IMG/VR virus record: IMGVR_UViG_3300043410_001892 | Location: 62,001 to 126,000 of that record | Length of the DNA: 64,000 bases | Direction: 5' to 3' (one strand) | Shown: positions 58,136 through 64,000 of the stretch, in pieces | Layout: every line of letters starts with the position of its first letter | Position numbering within the stretch: the first letter of the stretch is position 1 | The notes under the pieces: generated by a model | Databases searched by the model: none | Seen by the model: the letters and a program-made list of their open reading frames with translations, nothing else | What the model was told of the DNA's origin: nothing | Program-made: the position numbers and the translations under genes

Positions 58136-59227
58136 TTATAGTCCAGCGAGGCGGCGGATATCAATAATGTTTGATTCATCTTCGCTGCTACGGTTGGTGT
58201 TGGAAATTTTATTTCCGGTTATTTCTTTAGCTTCTACAAGAGCTTGTCTTTTTTGTGGTGCTTGTTTACCAGAAATTACTGCTGGTAAATATTTTTCAAA
58301 GCTTTCATTAAGTTTTGAAGTTTTCACACTCGTCATCAATTCGCTCATGATATCACGTTGCTCTACGCTAAGAGGAGCTAATAACTCACTCATGATATCT
58401 TTTCTTTCTTGCGTTTCTTTCAACGCACGGATTTCTGCTTGTTTGCTTTCTAATATTTTTTCAGCTTTGATAACTGCTTTAGCAGCTTCATTGATGGCCA
58501 AATCTTTCATGTCTATGACTTTGAGCAATTTTGCAGTTTCCGATTTATCATTCAAGTAACTTGCTTGATATTCAGAAGCAAATGCTTCAAATAACTTACG
58601 ACCAAAATCACTACGGCGAGCTGATTCAATGTCTTCTTTTAATGAAGTAATTTCAGCGTTTAAGGTTTGACCTACAACACTTTCAACCATTGTAGCTGCA
58701 CGTTGTACAAATTGTTGTTTTACTCGTTTGATTTCTTGACGACCTTCACGAATTAGACGAACTTTTGATTCGGCTAAATCCTGTTTGTCTTTATAAAATT
58801 CTGTAATTTCTTGAGCCAAAGCTTCTACTACAAAATGTTCCAATGTGCTAAATTTATTTGCCATTGACATTTGATCTTCGTGCAATTCTTTAACTTCTTG
58901 TGCTAATTGACGTGTAACGAATTTGTTAACCGTGTTTGCACTTTCAGTCATTTTCTTAGCAAATTTAACTTTCATTTCTGCTAATTGCATACGATCTGCA
59001 ACGAATTCGCTAAGTTCATCAGATAGTTGTTCAGAGATCATACGATCAACTGCTTCAACCATGATGTTTTTGTCATGCTCATACTTTTGAGCGAATTCTT
59101 CGCGTAGTTGTTGAGCAACAATTTCACGGTTTTCAACGATACGTTGTTCCCATGCTTGCTCAATAGACTCTTTGATCTCTTGCGAAACCACATTGTTTTC
59201 AAATAATGTTTTTAATGCATCCAACAT
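58136..59227 (-). CDS. gp22: Prohead scaffold/core protein
   Basis: Coiled-coil, E/K-rich protein between protease and capsid genes. Confidence 0.85.
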   Translation of the reverse strand: MLDALKTLFENNVVSQEIKESIEQAWEQRIVENREIVAQQLREEFAQKYEHDKNIMVEAVDRMISEQLSDELSEFVADRMQLAEMKVKFAKKMTESANTVNKFVTRQLAQEVKELHEDQMSMANKFSTLEHFVVEALAQEITEFYKDKQDLAESKVRLIREGRQEIKRVKQQFVQRAATMVESVVGQTLNAEITSLKEDIESARRSDFGRKLFEAFASEYQASYLNDKSETAKLLKVIDMKDLAINEAAKAVIKAEKILESKQAEIRALKETQERKDIMSELLAPLSVEQRDIMSELMTSVKTSKLNESFEKYLPAVISGKQAPQKRQALVEAKEITGNKISNTNRSSEDESNIIDIRRLAGL

Positions 59228-59241
59228 GTGATTCTCCTTTA

Positions 59242-59868
59242 CTATTGGAGTCCGTTTATTATATTTAATAAACTTTCTTTAAGGTATTTTTGCGCCTTTG
59301 GATCACCTCTTACCTCTTCCGCTAAACGAATTGAATTAAGACCACCTTTACTATTCATTAAGTGTTCGTAGATTGGGGTAGGATAAGCTCCTGGTGCACT
59401 TGGTTGAGCTACCATATCAACTGTGATAATCTCAAAATCTGATACTTCACCGGATCCGGAATCACTAACATTGCCAGATCCGCGTGAGCTAACGCCAAGT
59501 TTCACACCACTTTCTAACATGGTTTTAATTAGTTGACCCATTGGTGTTGGTAAAATTTTAAGTTTACCATAACCATTTGGACCTTCCATCCACATGTTAG
59601 TTATCATATGTGAAACTCGGTCTAAATTAATTTTTAGATCATCTGGGTGATCTACTTCTCCTAGTACAGAATAACCATTTTGAATTTGATCGTTGAGGGT
59701 CTTAACAGCCTTGCTAATCTCACTCACAGGGTACACACGTTGATTTGCGTTTCGGATGCCACCTTGTATACAGATACCGCTCATATACAAGTTTTTTCCT
59801 TCCTTATCGTCAGATTCAACGATCATTTGCGCTTCGTTGAAGCTAAGGTTTTCTCGGAGATGTAACAT
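59242..59868 (-). CDS. gp21: Prohead protease
   Basis: NANQRVYP, LGEVDHP, KLGVSSRGSG, DMVAQPSAPGA. Confidence 0.96.
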   Translation of the reverse strand: MLHLRENLSFNEAQMIVESDDKEGKNLYMSGICIQGGIRNANQRVYPVSEISKAVKTLNDQIQNGYSVLGEVDHPDDLKINLDRVSHMITNMWMEGPNGYGKLKILPTPMGQLIKTMLESGVKLGVSSRGSGNVSDSGSGEVSDFEIITVDMVAQPSAPGAYPTPIYEHLMNSKGGLNSIRLAEEVRGDPKAQKYLKESLLNIINGLQ

Positions 59869-59871
59869 AAA

Positions 59872-60753
59872 TTACTTGCTGCCTCTTCCGCGGAATACAC
59901 TTGTAGTGTTTTGTCCGTTGTCAGGACTTTTTCCTTTTGTTTCAGGACCATGACCTGGTTCTCTTTTCTTAAATGCGGTTTTTCCAGCTTTGCTGTCTGG
60001 ACGATTTTGGATTGTGCCTAAGCCTGAAGTTAAATCGCCTGCTTTAGGGCTTAACAATCCACCTTGGGTGCCTTCACCTTTAGATTCACCTGCAAATTTA
60101 GGTGCTACGCCGCCCATGTCGTTATATTTTGCTTTGTTAAAAATACTTTTGTTATTAACACCGTTGTCACCGTGTTTAGGTAATGCAACTTTGTTTACGT
60201 ATTCAAACATGCTTTGGAATTCATTTTCTTCTTCACCGGCTCCAAATTCGTCGCCGCCCATGCCCATGTCGTCATCGCCCATGCCCATTTCGTCGCCGCC
60301 AAACATGTCGTCGTGTTCTGGTTCATCTTCTTCACCAGCTAATAATTGTTCAAATTCTGATTTTAATTCGTCTAATGCATCTTCAAGATCTAATACACGA
60401 TTTTCTAAATCGCCATCTTCTTCATCACCAAATTCGTCATCACCGAATTCATCACCTTCTTCATCACCGAATTCATCGCCTTCTTTATCGCCAAATTCAT
60501 CGTCTTCGCCTTCTTCGTCATCACCAAAGGTGTCGCCGCCAAAGTCATCATCGCCTTCATCTTCGTCATCACCAAAGCTATCGGTGTCGTCTTCTTCAGA
60601 CTCTTCTTCTTCTTCAAATTCTTCTGCTAATAATTTTTCGTAAATCTCACGTGATTTACCTACTACGATATTGTGAAAAATATCTTTTGCTGCTTCATGA
60701 TCTTCATTGATCAAAGCCTCAAGCATGGCTTCAAATTTGGTACGGTCAGTCAT
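59872..60753 (-). CDS. Highly acidic prohead core protein (gp67/gp68 position)
   Basis: Start MTDRTKFE after AGGAG; D/E/G/F low-complexity tract of imperfect DEFGDEEG repeats. Confidence 0.65.
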   Translation of the reverse strand: MTDRTKFEAMLEALINEDHEAAKDIFHNIVVGKSREIYEKLLAEEFEEEEESEEDDTDSFGDDEDEGDDDFGGDTFGDDEEGEDDEFGDKEGDEFGDEEGDEFGDDEFGDEEDGDLENRVLDLEDALDELKSEFEQLLAGEEDEPEHDDMFGGDEMGMGDDDMGMGGDEFGAGEEENEFQSMFEYVNKVALPKHGDNGVNNKSIFNKAKYNDMGGVAPKFAGESKGEGTQGGLLSPKAGDLTSGLGTIQNRPDSKAGKTAFKKREPGHGPETKGKSPDNGQNTTSVFRGRGSK

Positions 60754-60863
60754 GTTTCTCTCCTGTGATATCATTTTCTACAAGGCTGTCTTATATTTAC
60801 ACTACTTATAAAAAATATTGCAAATATGGCGCCAAAGCGATGGTTTTTGGCATGTTCTTTAGA

Positions 60864-61103
60864 CTATATACCAGTTGGCGCAGGTGTTGAATACATTGTA
60901 TGAATAAAATTTAATTCAACTTCTTGTTCTAAGATATGAGCTTCACTACTCTTCCGAAGTTCATTAATCTGTCTAAGCGATAATCTTGTTTTTCTCGTAT
61001 CAGAACGATGAACTAACGATTTATCGTTATCAGAATTATACCTCATATCACTGGCAACATGCTTTGAGTTTGGGTCGTTATAAAAAAGTTCTCTAAGTAT
61101 CAT
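60864..61103 (-). CDS. Small head-module protein
   Basis: MILRELF...DTRKTRLSLRQINELRK; GATAAATA at 61109-61116. Confidence 0.7.
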   Translation of the reverse strand: MILRELFYNDPNSKHVASDMRYNSDNDKSLVHRSDTRKTRLSLRQINELRKSSEAHILEQEVELNFIHTMYSTPAPTGI

Positions 61104-61114
61104 AGTATTATTTA

Positions 61115-62860
61115 TCACATTGGAGGCGGTGCCATACCCGGTGCAGCAGGTGGCGGCATAGCTCCTGGCATACCGCCAGTCATTGGATCAGGTGGCATAA
61201 CCCCTGGAGGTGCTGCTAAGTTACTTGCAGAGTTCATATCTTGTTCCATACCAGCAGCTGATAGCCCAGCTCCGCGTAATTCTCCTGCTGCATCTGTGTG
61301 AGTTGGCTGGCCTTTACCTTGTTCTTCACCCCATAGACGTTCATTTTCTGCCATTTCGTCTTCAGTTAATCCTAAAAATCTTTTTAATGCAAAGCGTTTA
61401 CTCATATAAGGCACTGCTTGAATAGTATTAAAGGTATTAATTCTTTCGGAATCTAAACTTGCTTGACGTGCGCTTGCGAAGTTCATTGGTGGGTTAAATT
61501 GTAATTCAAATAAATTTGAATCAATATTTGCACCGCGCGAGTACATGTACATTTTAAATTCATTTGTAAATACATCTGTGATTAAACTTTGCAATCTTTC
61601 GCAGTATTTGTTAAATCTTAACTCTTGAATATACGCTGTACCAACACGCCCGTCTTGAAAACTTGATTGACTATCGTCTGCACCAGTTGGTAAGTAGCTA
61701 CTTGGAATACGTAAGCCACGGAATAACTTGTTTGTAAAGAATTTTAAGTCATCAATTTCACCTAAATTAGTTCCGCCCGGTAATGTTTCTACTTTAGAAC
61801 CGCGTCCTTCTGCAGTTTGTGGGAAGAAATAGTCTTCATTTATACTTAAAGGATTGTAAGCACTGTCAATAACGTTCTGTCCACCGCCACTTTGGCTTGG
61901 AATTCTACGTTGATGTATTTCATTTTTAACTCTTTCTACAAAGGCCATAGCTAAATGGCTTGGCATATTACCAACATCGATATGAAATACGCGTCTTTCT
62001 GGAGCTCTTTGTATACGATATATTAAAATAGCATCTTCTAATAGTTCTTTTTGCTTATAAACTTTAAAAATATTCTCTAATAAGCTGTTACCAAACGGAT
62101 AATTGTTATCTAACCCTTCAGAAAGTGATAAATGAACAACATGTTCTGCATCAACTGCGTGTTCTGTATCGCCTAAACCAAATCTTGAACCTGCTCCTGT
62201 ATTAGGATATGGACCAGATGCACCATATTGAGCACCAGATGTTCCCATATAACCTGCACCTGATGTCATTCCACCGCCGGATTGTTTTGGATTTATGTTA
62301 GGTGTAATGCGTGTTGCTACGAGATTTTCAAAGTTAGGAGCTAAATCTTTAATGATATACTGTACAGGCTTCTTTCCTTCGCTTTCATTTACGATTACAG
62401 TTTCAATTTTACTAGGATCAATCCAGTTCCATTTTTGATTTTCAGGATCTCTAATGAAAAAAGCATCACCGTATTTGAATACATTTCGAACAATCCTAAA
62501 GATTTTAGTATCAAAATTCTGTAATTTGTTCCATTGTTGTAGATATTCACCTAAAATTCTAATTTCTGAATTAGTTCCTCGATTATTCCAACGAACTGTA
62601 AATGGACTTTTACCATCTTTTAACTTTTGTGTACAAAATTCAGCGAGAATATCAAGTGCTGCGTTGATTTCAGGATCACTATCCATTACTTCGTACTGTT
62701 GATAACGATCAACACGATTAGGGCTTCCGGTATAAACATCTGGCAAGTAACTTGAATAATTTTTTCTTGCAGGTCCTGCTTTTGATGTTAAACCTAGTGT
62801 AGGAGTAGTATTAAGTTGTGTTGTACTGGATATTTCAGTGAAATGTTTACGCCAGGCCAT
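61115..62860 (-). CDS. gp20: Portal protein
   Basis: YRIQRAPERRVFHIDVGNMP, EDYFFP, TLPGGTNLGEIDDLKFF, IQELRFNKY. Confidence 0.97.
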   Translation of the reverse strand: MAWRKHFTEISSTTQLNTTPTLGLTSKAGPARKNYSSYLPDVYTGSPNRVDRYQQYEVMDSDPEINAALDILAEFCTQKLKDGKSPFTVRWNNRGTNSEIRILGEYLQQWNKLQNFDTKIFRIVRNVFKYGDAFFIRDPENQKWNWIDPSKIETVIVNESEGKKPVQYIIKDLAPNFENLVATRITPNINPKQSGGGMTSGAGYMGTSGAQYGASGPYPNTGAGSRFGLGDTEHAVDAEHVVHLSLSEGLDNNYPFGNSLLENIFKVYKQKELLEDAILIYRIQRAPERRVFHIDVGNMPSHLAMAFVERVKNEIHQRRIPSQSGGGQNVIDSAYNPLSINEDYFFPQTAEGRGSKVETLPGGTNLGEIDDLKFFTNKLFRGLRIPSSYLPTGADDSQSSFQDGRVGTAYIQELRFNKYCERLQSLITDVFTNEFKMYMYSRGANIDSNLFELQFNPPMNFASARQASLDSERINTFNTIQAVPYMSKRFALKRFLGLTEDEMAENERLWGEEQGKGQPTHTDAAGELRGAGLSAAGMEQDMNSASNLAAPPGVMPPDPMTGGMPGAMPPPAAPGMAPPPM

Positions 62861-62910
62861 ATATTTCTCCTAATGTTTGTTCTTTTTGTTGTATATTCAT
62901 TTTTTCATCC

Positions 62911-64000
62911 TTAATAGAACCTATTAGACATATTATTCGTAGCTTTCACTTGTTTTTGACTGCTTGAACTAATAGATTCAGTATGTGAAGCCATTTGTGA
63001 CATTGTTTTATTTAACTGTATCACTGCATCGTATATCTCTTTTAGGCTAACTGTATGAGATGTTTGTGATGATGCAGGTTTTGCATTTGATTGTTGCTCT
63101 GTATGCATTGGCTCCGGTGCATGTACCGGTGCAGGTTTGGTTGTTAGTTCATGTGTTGACGGTGCAACTTGATTTTGTGTCACATCTTTAATCTGAGCAT
63201 GTGAACTTTTAACACTTTCAGCATCTTTTCTTGCATTAAACTCTTGCCAAGACTCTAAACCACCAATATGATGTGGTGCAGGTTTAGCAACACCTGCAGG
63301 TTCTGCCGATTTTGCTGATTGTCCTTTAGCTTTATCTTCATTAACTATAGATTTCCAAAGATCGTCATGTTTATACAAACCAGAATTTTTTATTTGTTCT
63401 CTATATATGTTTGCCGGATCATTTGGGTCTGCTTTTCTTGCTGCAATAGCCTCTGGTGTATTCTCTGCGGCAAGTTTTGCTGCATTTTCTTCCGGAGTTT
63501 CTTGTTTAACATTTTCATACCGTACATTTCCGCGTGTAAACAATGGACTATTGTCAGGTTTGAACATATCTCCTATTTTATCAAAGAATCCTTTTGATTC
63601 TGTTGGCTGATTTGCTTCAAGTTTTTGTTCATTTTCAACTGGAACTGGAGTTTCTTGATTAGGAGCTAATGTTTCTGATACTTTTGCAGATTCATCTTGT
63701 AATTTTGCTGCAGTAACATCTTTATTAGTTGCACTTTCAGCAAATTTATCACCAAGACTGTTAAATGACGCAGAATAGTCTGGAGATTTAAATGTTTCCA
63801 TTGCATTTGTTAGCTTTTCAGTATTATCCTCTGGTTTAACAACATTAGTAGAAACAGATTCTGTAAGTTTATCACTTAAATTGTTAAATGACTTATCTAA
63901 AGATGATTCTTTTTTCTCTTCTGGTTTTTCTGTGCTAATTTCTTTAAAGTCTAAACCGGTTGACAGTACATCTTTCTCTGCAGTTTTAATTTGAGCTTTT
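62911..64000 (-). CDS. C-terminal part of a long protein, probably tape-measure-like; starts beyond the window
   Basis: The frame of 62911..63801 stays open to base 64000; low-complexity helical end LNKTMSQMASHTESISSSSQKQVKAT. Confidence 0.5.
   Translation of the reverse strand, partial: KAQIKTAEKDVLSTGLDFKEISTEKPEEKKESSLDKSFNNLSDKLTESVSTNVVKPEDNTEKLTNAMETFKSPDYSASFNSLGDKFAESATNKDVTAAKLQDESAKVSETLAPNQETPVPVENEQKLEANQPTESKGFFDKIGDMFKPDNSPLFTRGNVRYENVKQETPEENAAKLAAENTPEAIAARKADPNDPANIYREQIKNSGLYKHDDLWKSIVNEDKAKGQSAKSAEPAGVAKPAPHHIGGLESWQEFNARKDAESVKSSHAQIKDVTQNQVAPSTHELTTKPAPVHAPEPMHTEQQSNAKPASSQTSHTVSLKEIYDAVIQLNKTMSQMASHTESISSSSQKQVKATNNMSNRFY

Noticed and set aside
59990-60710. Ser-rich and Arg/His-rich plus-strand ORFs
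   Set aside because: Antisense of the acidic DEFG low-complexity tract.
1-64000. Stop-codon reassignment, as found in some large phages
   Set aside because: Core genes are full length in the standard code and end at TAA, TAG or TGA.

Overview
A 64-kb slice of an AT-rich, T4-like (jumbo-type) myovirus genome read in the standard code. Most genes lie on the minus strand. From left to right: (1) two tandem paralogous PcfJ-like repeat proteins, the first running off the left edge; (2) a replication/recombination block (gp41 helicase, gp61 primase, a 186-aa DnaE-like fragment, probable clamp-loader small subunit, UvsW, UvsY, UvsX, gp32), with a DUF2490-like outer-membrane beta-barrel gene between primase and helicase; (3) head-core and packaging genes (permuted-LysM protein, gp17, probable gp16, gp4); (4) tail tube and sheath, dNMP kinase, and neck genes gp13/gp14/gp15 with a free-standing HNH-NUMOD3 endonuclease between gp13 and gp14; (5) NUDIX plus a GT9, APS kinase, HEAT-repeat and sulfotransferase cassette translationally coupled to the fibre operon; (6) large fibre proteins (872, 1231, 3171, 544 aa); (7) the gp23-gp22-gp21-core-gp20 head module and the truncated end of a probable tape-measure gene. 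Two consensus-like sigma70 promoters and many T4-late-like ATAAATA motifs are visible. Top leads: six phycobiliprotein-like C-x-R-D domains in a strictly periodic, apparently nested arrangement in the 3171-aa protein; the fibre-coupled sulfation/glycosylation cassette; and a 101-codon start-less frame reachable by -1 slippage on an A9 run. No tRNA, rRNA, CRISPR array, intein or reverse transcriptase was recognised. All family assignments come from motif recognition by eye, not database searches.
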